From positions 16,347,488 through 16,411,487 of the forward strand of contig CM074520.1 of assembly GCA_037379345.1 (NCBI GenBank): a stretch of DNA of 64,000 bases, given 5' to 3'. Shown piece after piece: positions 26,001-39,600 of this stretch. Below the pieces are notes generated by a model. It saw only the letters and a program-made list of their open reading frames with translations. It ran no database searches and was not told where the DNA came from. The stretch comes from Perna viridis. Taxonomy: Eukaryota. A program made the position numbers and the translations under genes. Every line of letters begins with the position of its first letter. Positions within the stretch are counted from its first letter, which is position 1.

Positions 26001-27297
26001 CATTGGGGATGGGAGGAACAATAAACATTATCCTTTGAAACTAAAGCTTTTTACACTTTGGTAAAGTACCTGGATGATTTGAAAAAAGGTATTTAAAAGT
26101 AACCAAGTACTTACCGCTGCTTAAATGAATCGAAATGTTGATTTTTTAGTCTAATTCTGTTCATTGTGGCAATTGGACAGTAAGCCAGATTTTCTGGAGA
26201 GAAAGTTTCTTTCCTTTGCTAAAATTTTGATAAACGAAGTCAAGTCAGAAACAGTAAAAGGGGATATTACAAGTTATGATCGTTCGGTCTCGTTATCGAG
26301 ATATCCTTTACATTGTTTAAGGTGTCATCGACAGGACTATAATATAAATGACTGTGGTATGTTTAAACAAAAAGAATAATGTATATTAAATTTTCTCCTT
26401 GCGTTTGAAGGATATAAACAACAGACGCAAAACAAATATCTATCTGTTTATTACTCATTATGTCAGTAATCTGATGGTCATACATGGTTCTAATTAATCA
26501 AGGGCAGGCACATTTCTGTTTTGACTACAAAACAAGGAATACAACATTTAACTTTGAGTTTGTTAAGACATTCATATAGCTAGATGTTCAAGGTAATAAC
26601 CTGTTGTTGTAGTCGTTCAGGTAACACCACAAATGTTTGTATTTCATTTGAGTCAATTCTTCTTTACAAATATTACTGAATTAACTGATATATACCTTCG
26701 TTTCTTAAAAGAAACCTACGATTCTATTATGGTCTCATTGCTGCCGGGTATGACGCATTCTATATTCAAATATTTAGAGGAATGGCTAGGTATTTCTCGC
26801 ATGATTTTAAAAATATGTAGATATTATTTCCTTGTTGAATTTCCCATTAGTCCTACATTAAGCAATTTACAGTAAAAAAAATTAGTATTTATTCAACAAA
26901 AAAAAAAACAACAACAAACAAAATAAAAAAATAAAAAACAAAAACAAACAAAAACAAAAAAACGGTGTTATCTTAAGAAGTACTCACAAGATCAATTTCA
27001 CAAATAGCAGTTTCGGTGGAAGTACATGTTTGTGAATCCGCACTTAACGTGTCATCATTTGCCACCTGAAATGTGACACAATTAGTTCCAGAACCGACTG
27101 AAAAAAAAGCATTTGTTCATAATTATTCATTTGATTTAACAAAATGTATCTTGGTCAGCCTATAAAAAGTTGATGCTTTCTTTTTTTATCGTTACTTGAT
27201 TTAAAAAATGTGCATCGTATTTGTTGGTTTTGTATTGCTTTGTATTGTTTTGATTTGTTTTTTTTATAGTTTGCAATAACTAAATTGTGTAAGACAC

Positions 27298-28372
27298 GAT
27301 AATCAATAGAACCAAGATTCTAACTGAAATCAAAGAATGTAATCCAGGGAAAAAGACTACACAGTGAAAATAGGCATATATAACCAATAACATAATATAA
27401 CTAAAATAACACCTGCAAAAAAAAAAAAAAAAAAACCCAAAATAAACAAAAAAACAAACAAACAAAGAAAGAAAACAAAATAAATGAGGAACTCGGACTG
27501 GGAGCCTGTACCAGATATGTGCTTTTCTAGAAACAACCGCCAAGTTACTGATAAGAAAGTAGTTCATGGTAGACGAAAGAGCAAAGGAAAACTATGACAC
27601 GGTAAACAAATATGTTCTTATGGTGCAGATGGATACACTATAACAATCTGTGACTTCTCTTTTGTAGCAACATAATCCTGTTCAAAAAGCCTAATCGTAA
27701 GAAGTCTAGGCGGTACAAAATGCTGTGTAATTACAGCAACCTCTGGCATGAGTTGTAATTCAAAAACTCAATACGCACGTCTTGAAGGGATGTTGCCACA
27801 GATGAAAAAATAATTAACAATGTGGAATGAAAAGTCGTCGCATTTGCCGTAAAGTTTGGTTAGTTTTCCTCTGCCATCAATCTCTAAGTGTTGGTCAAGA
27901 TATGACGCGGCCTTCACAGTGTCTATAGTATCCTTTATCTCAAAATCCATCGGAGTTGATGCGATGTATAAAATCCGAAAAAATGATTGTTTAGCGTTTA
28001 TATATCATCTATGTATCGGAAACAAATGATCTGGCTATACGATGTTTCTCTTTCTGGATTAGATCAGCTATAAAGTCAGTCTCATAAGAGTGACAGAATG
28101 GGTCAGCAAGAAGAGGACCACAATTTTATCCTATTGAAATGCCGCCAAACTGATGATCAAATACATTGTCATTACAAAATTCAAGCATTTTGAAAACATC
28201 TTCGATGTATTTGATAGATGGTTTAGAATCTTGTTTCACAAAGTAAGAGAAATCTCTACCAAGTACTATGAATCTGTAACTAGGTGTGCCATCTTTTCTG
28301 GAGAAACATAGGTGTACTTTAGCTAAGTATCTTTCGAAACTGTTCAAAATTTGATTTTTCAACTTTATACAC
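27298..28372 (-). mobile_element. Penelope-like retroelement fragment (family A), RT core to 3' tail
   Basis: ORFs 28126..28362 and 27768..27950 (EIKDTIDTVKAASYLDQHLEIDGRGKLTKLYGKCDDFSFHIVN), degenerate YIDD region, same 3' tail. Confidence 0.85.
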
Positions 28373-28424
28373 TACACTTCCACATAATCTCATAAAACAA
28401 GAATTCATATATATTATCAAATGA

Positions 28425-29715
28425 TCATTTAATAAATCGGGATGAGAATATATTTGTTCTAATTCGATCATTTTTATAACTAAAACGAAAAACTTCGTTA
28501 ATTGGACTTCTTTTGATATGCTTACAGCACTCGTATTCCTTTTGACAACATTTTCGTATGCTTTGACCGTTTAATTTCAAGTTATTGGCATTCCTTTGGG
28601 AACCAATTGTGCACCACTTATTGTGGACCATTTTCTGTACTGTTACGAATCACAATTTATGGTTAGAATAAATAAAGATCCAAAATTTGATAGAAGGATT
28701 TAATAAACCTTCGGATATTTTGACGATATTTTGGCTCTAAACAAGGATGACTTCAACATTTATACTAAAGATATATATCATGTAGAACTGTCTTTGGATA
28801 AAGCAAATATTGATAATAAAGAACGTTTGTTTCTTGATCTTAGTATTCATATCGATAATGGTTTACTTACTACTAAAATTCGCGAGAAAAGGGATGATTT
28901 TTCAGATGGTGATGTCCCTTTGTCACCATCATATGGTGTTTATATATCACAATTGGTTCGATTTGCTCGTATTTGTAACAATGTATCAGATTTTAGCGGA
29001 AGAAATCTTTATATAACCGGTAAATTACTACATGAAGGTTTCCGATATCACAAGCTCGTAAAAACATTCACAATTTCTTTTCAACCGATACAAGGAACTC
29101 ACTCTCAAATGCAGATGTATTTATAAGAGATAAATACATGCGGGTGTCTCTCACCCTTTGTTCTACACAAAGCACGGAAAGCTCGACACTCACCCAATAA
29201 GTTAACTGAGCCGTTGAATAGGCTCATTCGTAAGGGATATAGTTATGACATTAATGCCAAATCGTTAAGGAGAGCAATTTTTGATATGAACAATTATTCA
29301 CTCAGAGGGTCTTTACATAGAAATTAAAACACTATATTTAAAAGCAGTTATTTCCGTTCTAACACGGGACTGGGACCTTTCTGAACTGATGTTTAGGTTA
29401 TATTTAATTGTGTGATATGTTTTCCACAATAGCCAGATTTTAAAGGCCAAACTACTTTAACCCCGCCACATTTTTGTGGTTGTCTCAAGTCAGGAATTTC
29501 TGGACTCCGTATATCTTGTTTTTTTCACATTTAGTTTATTTTTATGTTACTTGAGTATAAAGCGGTAACTCTTTTGCTTTTCCTGTATATAATGATGTTT
29601 TGGGGCCAGCTATAGCCTGCACTGTGGTAAAAGTGTTTCCTCGTCTTTCATTTAACACCAATGGGCAGCCTTGGGCTGACATTTTTATCCTGGTGGGGTT
29701 GCTGTCTCTAATGCT
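28425..29715 (+). mobile_element. Penelope-like retroelement fragment (family B), RT plus 3' tail
   Basis: QVIGIPLGTNCAPL near 28580-28620, YFDDILALN, and ORF 28731..29126 with DGDVPLSPSYGVYISQLVRFARIC. Tail matches 20640-20985, 15420-15600 and 6199-6290 (minus). Confidence 0.88.
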
Positions 29716-32700
29716 TCTAATTCAGTATTCCTGCTATCTTACTCGTCAAATTGTACATGCATCATATTTTTTCTAAACACTTTAGATTCAATAATCAAAT
29801 TGAAGAATGGTACTCACACTAAACTGCTAACAGATAAAGGAGAAGTTATTTGGTCAATACAGGTAGTATACAGTATTAATTGTTAAGTTGATTTTGATTG
29901 GCTGTTTTCGATCGCATCAAAGTTGAAAATGTTTTTAAAGAACTTATTAAATATGACACTTTCTAGTCTTCAAAAACTTTTTATATTTGAGCGATATGTT
30001 CTTTTTTTAATTTTGAGCATTGTAAATACTTTAGAAACCGGTATCGGGCATTTTTGCCATCCGACGTTCCTCAGCAAATCGTTGGGTTGTCAATATAACG
30101 GGTCAACTAACTTAGAAGGTGACCTTCAACTTTTACAACGAATAGACGATGGCTATGAGATCAGGTCTCAAGGACATCCATTGATAGGTACATTTTTAAA
30201 GTGAAAATATTGTTAAAAAAGGAATAATACTAACAACTTTCTATGAGGACCGATTTTAAGAATGTTTTCTTTATGCCGTCTTCACCTAAAGAAGAACCAA
30301 TGAAATCAATACATTAATTTAACATAATCCTTGCAATTTATTATTAGTTCGCAGACAGTAAACAATTTTTTGCCTATAATTGGGAAAAATTTTCTTCAGT
30401 TCTAAGTTTTATGAGAGGATACATTTTATTTTTATTTATCGAATTTAGGGCACACTTACACCGCAATGATCAATATGCATGATTTGAAAAAACAATGATA
30501 TAGAGTGTGGAAGAATTTCCCTAACGGACATGGATGGAGCTGAGTTTTATAACCATGATGCTGATCAGAGATCAACTCTACTAGACATCGTATGTTCTAT
30601 AACATTAACGATGCCAAACAAAGTAAGTGCATAACACTTAATATTAGCTATAGTAGTACTGCGATGCGTTCAATTGTTTTTTGGCGTTCAAGTATAGGAA
30701 TTGGAGACATGAATAATCTACAAAAAGTCTTTACATCATTAACATAATCATGTTTAGTCATCAACGATTTAGTCATTTGAAGCCGAATTGCTTTCTTAAA
30801 TGATAAGTATCTTTTCAAATAATCAATATCTTTGTCTTGATATCTTTAATGAAATATACATTGTGATACTTAAATATTGTATAAATCAAAACGATTTATT
30901 ATTTCTCACATTTTATTTGAGATTGACATAATTGTTAGATAAACGCTTTGCTTGTCTGCAAACTCATCGGTGTCATAAAAGTGCCTCTTTATTCAATTTA
31001 CCATTGAGATGTTTTTGTCATGTGTTTGTCATACTTTGTTTTTCCATTTTTTTTTGTGTTATAGATTTTGTTTGTTTGTTTATCTATCTGTACTTTACCA
31101 CTGGTAGTTTTTTTTTTGTTTCTTTGAAGCCTTTTAAAAAAAGCAGTTACGAGAATAGATGAGAAAAAAGTTTAATTTAAACGAAAGTTTTCAACAAAAA
31201 TTGTTCCGTTAGATGTAGACTTGCTGGTAGATACGGAAGATGGTATATCATGAACACCCATTAATTGTTTATTCAACAACTGTAATGATTATATATATAT
31301 AACACAAACATTAACAAACAAACTTAACTTAGATATAAAAAAAAAGATGACTAAGACAGGGACGAATTAAGACGGGAATAGATACAGCATTTAAAAACTA
31401 TCATAGAAGACAATGGCAGATAATCGAGCTACTCGTAAAAACAAAACGAAGAGCACCTATCGCACTTTACAAAAATAAACATGCTTCAGTTCACATTCGA
31501 AATGTTGCATCTTTGTCGTCAGTCGTAGTTACCTTTTCATTAGATATCTTCTCGCTTGAAGCCATTCCATATGTACTGTTCACGGTTAAATTGTATAACC
31601 TTTAAAAAATTAAATTCTGTCAATTATGCAAAATGTGGTGGAGAAGTCTTCATGTTGAATTTAATGTCATAATAGCAATGGTATATTAGGATAGTAATGG
31701 GCAAGAGTGAATAATCAAAATATGACCATGAGTGCAGAAGAACGCCTGAATTTATCGAGTGTGCGGATTTTGTTCTGCACACGAGTTACATCTTAATACG
31801 TTCTTGGCACGAGTGATAATATTTTTGTTATCCACGATACCAATTGATTATTCTATTTATTATATAGATTTCCTCCATTATTCGTTGCAATTTTCAGCAT
31901 TAGTTCTAAATTTTGTTAACGGCGGAATGATATTCGTGTCGTGATGTTTTATGACGTTCTGGCGGGATTAAGTCGGTTAGTAAATTTACAGAATGTATTT
32001 ATTTAACAGTGTGAAATATCGATTTTTTTTATACAGGGAAAATTCGATACAAACTATAAAAGCCTTCATGGGTTGAAGTTGTGTGACATATCCTGTATGG
32101 GTTTTTGCTATTTTTCACTTCCGTCTAAAAAATATAAACTGTTATGTGTAGAAAGACACTAGAATTATTATGAAGGTCCCCATCAGAGAACTTTTCACTT
32201 TTGATGGAAACAACACGATATCTGATTTTTTTCAATCTCTTTAACATTTCATGTTTTCTATAATCACTCTTCACTATTACACGGATATAAAAAAAAAACT
32301 GGGAAGAGGAAGAGTTAAAGTAAACTGACCCGTTTGTTGTATTGTAGATAATTTACCAAACGGATCAAATCGCAATATTTCATACACAGTACACAATATA
32401 GGTAGCACGAGTCAAACATATCTAGTATCTCTTACGATCTTCGGTGAAATCTCAGTAAATGGACTGACGTCTAAAACTATCCAAGTAAACTCAAATAGTA
32501 CTGAGGATGGAAATTTTATTATTAAGGGAAAGAAAATTGGTTAGCGTAAGTCTTTCTCATTAAGTTACCTATCGTTATGGTTTTGTAATGGAATAGCTTA
32601 CATTCAAATCTAAACAAAAAACAACATATTTTCTTGCAGCATGTTTTTTGTCGCTTAAAAATAAACTGAAGGACTTTTGTATTTTGTGACCTCTATATTT

Positions 32701-34290
32701 ACCTCTTGTTTTTTTTGTATTCATGCCACTGAGCAAAGTAAATCGATCAACCGAATGTCCTGCCACAACTTTATGTTAGAGAAATATTTTTTTTCAATTC
32801 ATTCTATAGATGTGTCCAATCCTTAGGCTCCTACTAAAACTATTGATCATGGTAATTCTTTTTTATTTGTAGAAAAGTCTGCGTTATTCTCCTACATGTC
32901 GACGTGGTCTTTAGTACAAAGACATTTGTTTTGTTAGGGTAAACATAACATCAACTTGCAATTGTTTCGGTATGTTACGGCAGCAAGACCCTTATCCGAA
33001 AATAAATAGAATAAATTGTAACAGTTGATAAATTTGAGCGAAATTTACATAACATTTTTATTTTCAAGAAACATAATATGTGCCTGTGCATGGAGGACTT
33101 TTGTTTTTGCCCGATGCCTGCAAATGGTGATAATCCAATTTAAAGTTTTAAGACAAATACAATGTATATCCACTTGAATCGATAGGGGTATTATCTTTGT
33201 GCGCTTGTTTACAGCATTTCGGTTGTAGAGATGTCTGCAACGTTAAAAGTATATTCCTCTTCCAGGCATTATATCCTTAAAGTTCACGACACTGGAACCG
33301 ACGAGGTTAAACAGGACAAATCATATAAAATAGCTGTAAGATATTTATAACACAACTCTAAATACGGATAGGTTTCATTAATATCTTTTTTTTTTTATAC
33401 ATTTAAATGTTTTTTTGTAATTCTCAGATAAGAAAAATGATAGAACATTTATTGTATGTGTTAACTGTCTTGAATAAATGGAATTTGTACATTTTTTCAT
33501 CAATTGAATCTTGCTCTTTTTTATTATTTTATTTCACATACAATGCTCTAAAATTGAAAGTGTTTGTAGTCAATTTAGTTTTTACAGTGTTTGTTTTTAA
33601 TTCCCGTGTAAACTATCTACATGTATACAAATAGCATACAAAGTAAGTCTGTGTTAATAACTGACGCTTGCTAACCAGGAATCATGTTGTACATTTTACA
33701 GCTGATTTAAAAGTAATAAAATGATGACTTTTTCAGATGGTTTCCTTTCAACCGATATAATTTATTCCTAATTTCTCTAAATTGTAGGTAATAGAAGCAG
33801 GGAAACCTGAATGTCGTGTAGTCAGTCAAAACCTAACATGCCCTTCGTCATCCCTTAATACTATTAACTGTTCCAGAAGTGGATTAGGGTCGTTAATAGT
33901 CGTTGACTTATCCAATACCAATTTACAGAGTATAACCACAACAGCTGGGGCATCAGTTGTTTTAACATATGACAGTTTTAGACATTTGAACCAAGGGCCT
34001 TTATTTGTCAATATGAGGTAAGTAAAATATACCAATATTAAGATTAAAAAAAAACTTAATTATTCATAATCTACAAGTCCCTTCCTGTATTAAAGATTAA
34101 ATAGTATGCCATATAACTTCAAACCGTAATAACACATCAAAACAGCATGCATATATTGATGATACTTTTGTATTTACACGTAAACATTCTTGACAAGTTG
34201 ATGGCATCTCTGAAAATTACAAGTTCATATAACAATAAACTGCTTTATTGGTGCTGTCGAGACTCTCAGCTATAGAATTAAATGTGTATG

Positions 34291-34476
34291 CAGTTAAACC
34301 TGTTTTAAGTGGCCCTTCAAGGGAGAGTTAACCATGATCACATAAGACAGGTGGTCTTTATACACAGGTATTTTTTTTACATAGAATGCAATACATAAGG
34401 ACATTACAATCATAATATTTTAAGACAATGACATGTAATTGCTGAGTGCCGGTTGTGCAAGGCAGATTATACTGTA
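34291..34476. mobile_element. Tc1/mariner-like MITE
   Basis: CAGTTAAACCTG ... CAGATTATACTG-TA termini. Confidence 0.5.
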
Positions 34477-35179
34477 TTTGTAACATGTTTTCAGTGGAAC
34501 ATGCTGTACCCCTACTGTGTCTGTTAAAGTGATTAATTGGAGAATGTCATTTGTCCTTTTCAAATGGGGAACAAATTCAATCTCTGGAACCTATTGTAAG
34601 AGCTATCAAAGACCGCCAAGTAAGTTTGACCATATTAAGCGGACATATTCAAAATAAATTCACGAAAAAATCAACTTAGTATGTTCTGGACAAAAAAGAA
34701 AAACAACTAAACAAAATGCATATACATTTTACATACTGAATCGTGGATAAAAACTTTCAATTTGGGAAGTCACCAAAGCAATTGTTACCTGAAAAATTCT
34801 TACAATTGAGGCCATAATGTAATGTCTTCAAACAAATAGTCATATGTCTTCTTTTCAACCTCTGGCTTGCAATGTTCAAACAGGAGTGGTCTCTTTTTTT
34901 TTTTACTTTAAAAATGTGCAGATGCCACATATTTTTTTTTCTGAATTTGATATACAAACAGAAGTTTTATTATTGAAAATGTATCTTTACTTGAGTATGC
35001 AGGATCTACTTAATGGCGATTTTTTGGTTTATATGAAATATGGGCCTTCAAAATATTCATTTGTCAAATCGATATTAGTTTTGCTTGGGAATAAGATTCA
35101 TAAAATGCAAGGTGAAGCTAAGTGGACATACCCTTTTTTTCAGAACGAGAAAAAGTATATATTACCGATGTGTTTGAGA

Positions 35180-35540
35180 GAGTAATCAAGGGAACCAAGG
35201 TTATAGCGGTAATCAAAAGAATCTAATCCACAGACAAAGACCCGACATGGAAAACTGACATACACAACAAAGAACATACAGTAACTAAAATCATACATAC
35301 AAAGTAACAAAAGCAAATGAGCAACTCGGACTCCACTAAAAACTGGGAGCATGGACCAGGTACACCGTTAGGGTAAGCGTCCTCTGCTTTTCTAGAAACA
35401 CCCGCCGAATTGCTCATAAAGTCAAGTCCGGGGTAGACAAACGAGGAAAGGAAAACTATGACCCGTTAAATAAATCAGTTTTCATGGTGCAGATGGATAC
35501 ACCATAACGATCCATGAGTTCATGATGACAACCATAGTGT
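35180..35540 (-). mobile_element. Penelope-like 3' fragment (family A) in an intron of the VWA7-like locus
   Basis: Close reverse complement of 24730-25087. Confidence 0.85.
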
Positions 35541-36265
35541 AGCCCTGGCTTTATGTGTAATATTGACAGCTGTTATTGTAACAACTATATCGAAAAGGAA
35601 GAAACTATTCAAAACAAAAGTTTCTAGTGTTCATTTCAAACCTAACTAGAATAAATATACAAGATATATATATCACCTTTTCTATGTTTTGCTTTATATA
35701 CATTAGATAGATTGACCTTCACAGTTTCCATTAAATCAATCTGGCACTGATATCTAAAGTCTTATATTCCATTGGTAGATAAAAGGTTTCTTCAAATTGT
35801 AGAATGTTTTCAATAATATTTTAGTCTTCTATTGTTGCTACAACTGTCTTGGATGTATTTTGAAAATGGTTGTTTTTACATCTTGTTCATTGTCTTGATA
35901 ATAGTCTGGCTTATGGTACATTTACACTTTAAGATATGACAATGATAGCTGTCAGTTGTTTGCATTCTAAGCTAATTTTCCAATTAACAGTACAGACTGG
36001 GAACCACACTACATGACTGGGAAAAAGTCAACACTCATTTATGGAAAAAAGGGGTCAATACTCCAATATGAGAAAAGGTTAAATGAACATTTATCATTCC
36101 CTGGATGGGAATTTATAGAGGAAGACCAACTGATGCAAGATTTATGATTTAACAACATGTTATTACAGTGTGAGTGTTCTACCATGTTGAAGGCTTGATG
36201 TTGACATCTTGTGAGTTAAGCATTTTTAACACTCCTTTATTTTTTGCTGCTGTGTTGATATATGA

Positions 36266-36271
36266 AATAAA
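36266..36271 (+). terminator. Candidate polyadenylation signal of the VWA7-like locus
   Basis: AATAAA about 120 nt after the TGA at 36145-36147. Confidence 0.4.
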
Positions 36272-36459
36272 AAAAAACACAGTAAATTAGTAAAATTATT
36301 TATAAAGAAATAAAAGATATAACAAATTTCATATCACATCTGTCCTATAAAGTAAATAAAGTAAAGACATGGACGGAATTCATCAAACATAAGTGTCATT
36401 AGAAATGAAACGCCATTAAAAAAACTTCCATATTGCTTATTACTTGGAAATGCATAAGT

Positions 36460-36465
36460 TTTATT
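36460..36465 (-). terminator. Candidate ARMC3 polyadenylation signal AATAAA
   Basis: TTTATT on the plus strand about 115 nt after the stop; a second one at 36236-36241. Confidence 0.5.
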
Positions 36466-36580
36466 TTCCCATCCAGAATGGTCCAAGTTTAGTAGTCTAC
36501 ATGCATATGACTACTTTTTTAACAATATTGTCACATGATTAGATATCACAGCTTGATTGGTCCAGAATTTGCACACCACC

Positions 36581-36691
36581 CTACAATTGTTGGTACTGGG
36601 CAGCCTCAGGTGAATCAGCTCTCAACAGTCTGCCAGGGCTGTGGACTAAGTCAACCACAAAAGTCCTAGGTGGGAACTTTGGAGATCCAGG
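36581..36691 (-). CDS. ARMC3: ARMC3 last exon (PGSPKFPPRTFVVDLVHSPGRLLRADSPEAAQYQQL-stop)
   Basis: Acceptor ttttag, TAG at 36583-36581. Confidence 0.93.
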   Translation of the reverse strand, partial: PGSPKFPPRTFVVDLVHSPGRLLRADSPEAAQYQQL

Positions 36692-39600
36692 CTAAAAAAG
36701 ACACAATTCAATGCAATTAGTATCATTTTACCAATCACAATGGAAATTTTAGATAGTAAACTATGGATCCACTGACATTGATGATCTAGAAAAGTATACA
36801 GGTACCTGAACTTTAATGAAATATTCCTAATTCAATAGATAATGTGTCATGGGTAATGCTTATATAGAAATGTTTCATATTTTATTAACTTTAATTTGCA
36901 TTTGCAGGACAAATTAGGAAACTAATATGAAATTAAAATAAATATAAGTTGTGACATGGCTTAGTTAACCGTACATATAAATAATTAAACAAGTAAAAAG
37001 GAGCCACATTTCAAAGGTAAAAATGCAACTCATTACAAAAAACATGATAACAAACAATAGAGGCCTAAATTTGTTTGCTTTACCCCATCAATCAGTGGCA
37101 AATAGCACTAGACAGGAGAAGATACAAAACTGTAAAATGAAAGTAATAAATTAACAAAATATGGACATACTGTATCATCACAATCAGGTAACATGACTTC
37201 ATTCCAGGCCAGATTATATTCTCCTCTGTTCAGGGTACAACCTACTGCTATCCTGTCTGCTAAAACCTGTGAATGGAAAAAAAAAGATTGCTATACAAAC
37301 TAACAGAGCTAAATGTCTTTAAACAGTGCATTAGACAATAATGGTAAATCCTATAACCTAACAAATGAAAATTAATTTGATCATGACAGAATTCACAAGG
37401 TGTCCCAAAAAACTGGCCCTGAATATATTACGTTTTTAGTCCTTCAGATATCTAGCATTTTTCAGTCATTTGATTCAGAAATATATTACTTTTGAGTATG
37501 TAGAGATATTTAGGGAATGAGAAGTAATTCTAAAAAAAAACTCAGCACAAAATATAGGCACTCATCTTGAAAATGTTAATTCCTATAGCAAAGTATATAG
37601 CAAAGTTTTTTTCATATGGTGCCAACTTAAGCCTAGAAATGTTTCACTATGAGAACTTAAAAGTAACAAATGTTCTTCATTTTAAAGAAAAAAATCAATA
37701 AATAAAAAATAAAATTGAAGTAGACTATTGATATGATAAATATTGCCTAAAATGCAAGACAGGCATTTTGACAAAAACATCTTGATACAGAGATAGGCTG
37801 GTATGTTATTACTAAGCATGCATATATGTGTTCAAAGGCAATCCATTTTTTTTTCCAATCAAATAAATTCCTACCTTGAACAGTAATGCTCTATGGATAT
37901 GGATTCCAGCTTTGACTTTGCCAATGGGCACAACATTTGACTTCAGTTCATATCTAACCTGACTGATTGGCAGCTCCCAGCTGAAGTTGGCTAACTCAGA
38001 TTTATCTATCTGGCCACCCATATGGTCACTCACATATCTGGTAATAAACACAATGGACAAAATCATCAAAATGTTTTTGGATAGGAAAATAAGAGCCAAA
38101 TTTTAATAAAACATCTATCCCCTTTCCCCCTTTTTATGGAGAGATTGGCAATGTCAAATATATTTAGAAGCTCTGAACCACAAATGACCCAAAATAATGC
38201 TGATGGAAGTGACACATTCATTTAGGAAATGATTGTTTATATTTTTAATGCAGACACAAGCATGTTTTATACAAAGTCTTGTATATTCCCATTATTGGTA
38301 ACATCGACAATATAACAACATAGTGGTGCATTATCAGCTATGTCAAATTTTATTTGAATACACCTAGTTTCATCCCTCGTTGGCAAAGTCTAAAATCACA
38401 TGAGCAATGAACCCATTATCTTATCATGGACAGTATATTGTAAAGGAGCGGTCTCTATAATATAAAAGTAAACTTGGTTTCGAATACCTTTACTTAATTA
38501 CATAATATTTTCTGATTAACAACATGTTACATGTTAACAATCATGATTTCAACATCATTAGTAGAGAGTTTATTTATCAATTTCCTTATTTGGCATTTGA
38601 AAAAAATACATACCACTTACAAAGTAGGTTCTGCTTATAGTAACTTTTTTTTAATTCAAGTCACCAAAGAACTACCCCACCCCCAATTTACCAATAGCCT
38701 ATCAACTCACTGTGCCAAAGCAATGACTTGTTCCCTGGATGTCAGTAGAGGTTGTATCTTCTCTGTTACCTCCTCGAGATATTTACAGAGGTTAGAGTCA
38801 CATGGCATCTCAAATGGTTTGTTATCTTGACTGTTTTGGTTCTCAGCTTCTTTCTGTAATTGTGCTTGTAATTGCTCTTCCCTCTGTTTTTCTTCCTTTT
38901 CTTTCTGTGCTTTCGATTTTCTGAAAGTAGATATGCAAATCATGTCAAAATATATTCCCACTGCATTTTTTGAAACATGCAAGAAGAATTGTACATATTT
39001 GGAAAGATTTTTCTCAAATCAGGTTTGAAAAATACCCCAAATACTTCAGCCACAGGGTTTGATGAAAACAGAAATCCTATCAGAAGAAGCCCCCCCCCTC
39101 AAAAGTAGGACTTTTACCTTTTACTAAATACTAATGTGAATATTTGAAGTCAGTTGCATTAAGAAAAAATTGAAATAATAAATTAGTATAAGAATTAGAA
39201 AAACTTTTAATCACAATAACTGTACAATTTTGTGTGTAAGAGTTTAAAGTCACCAAACACCATTTAACAACACAACATCACTGCAACAACACATACAAAA
39301 CATTAACAACAAACATAAAAACAGTTTCACTGGCAAAGGCAATTACTGTTACCTTTAAAAAGCTTAAAATTCAATAAAATTAAACAATATTCCCACACAA
39401 CTATAACTGAATTAAACATGTTCACTCAAAATTGGAAAGAGAGCTTGTCTAACACCATCATTTGTGTAGTAGAAATGGCAATTAGTAGGTAGCAATATTT
39501 GTATCAGGACTGACACATATAGGTACTCTGTATAGTTTGTGAGTTTAAGTGCAACCAATCACCTCCTGAAGCTTGCAAAGAGCACCAAAGATTTGATATA

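Larger units (their letters stand above)
29786..36147 (+). pseudogene. Unprocessed multi-exon pseudogene, VWA7-like (von Willebrand factor A domain protein 7 family) C-terminal half
   Basis: AG/GT exons: 29786-29862 (SIIKLKNGTHTKLLTDKGEVIWSIQ); 30035-30187 (KPVSGIFAIRRSSANRWVVNITGQ, fs, NLEGDLQLLQRIDDGYEIRSQGHPLI); 30449-30622 (HTYTAMINMHDLK, fs, NDIECGRISLTDMDG...LTMPNK); 31130-31242 (PFK, fs, AVTRIDEKKV-stop-FKRKFSTKIVPLDVDLLVDTED); 32348-32539 (NLPNGSNRNISYTVHNIGSTSQTYLVSL...GNFIIKGKKI); 33229-33335; 33788-34017 (KPECRVVSQNLTCPSSSLNTINCS...); 34495-34619 (GTCCTPTVSV, fs, GECHLSFSNG); 35003-35154; 35991-36147. Phases chain once single-base lesions are corrected. Family call is from recalled Cys spacing and motifs. 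Confidence 0.65.

Noticed and set aside
34495-34545. In-frame TGA in EHAVPLLCLLK-TGA-LIGEC suggesting selenocysteine
   Set aside because: The upstream exon ends in phase 2, giving GTCCTPTVSV. A frameshift explains the pattern, and no SECIS was identified.
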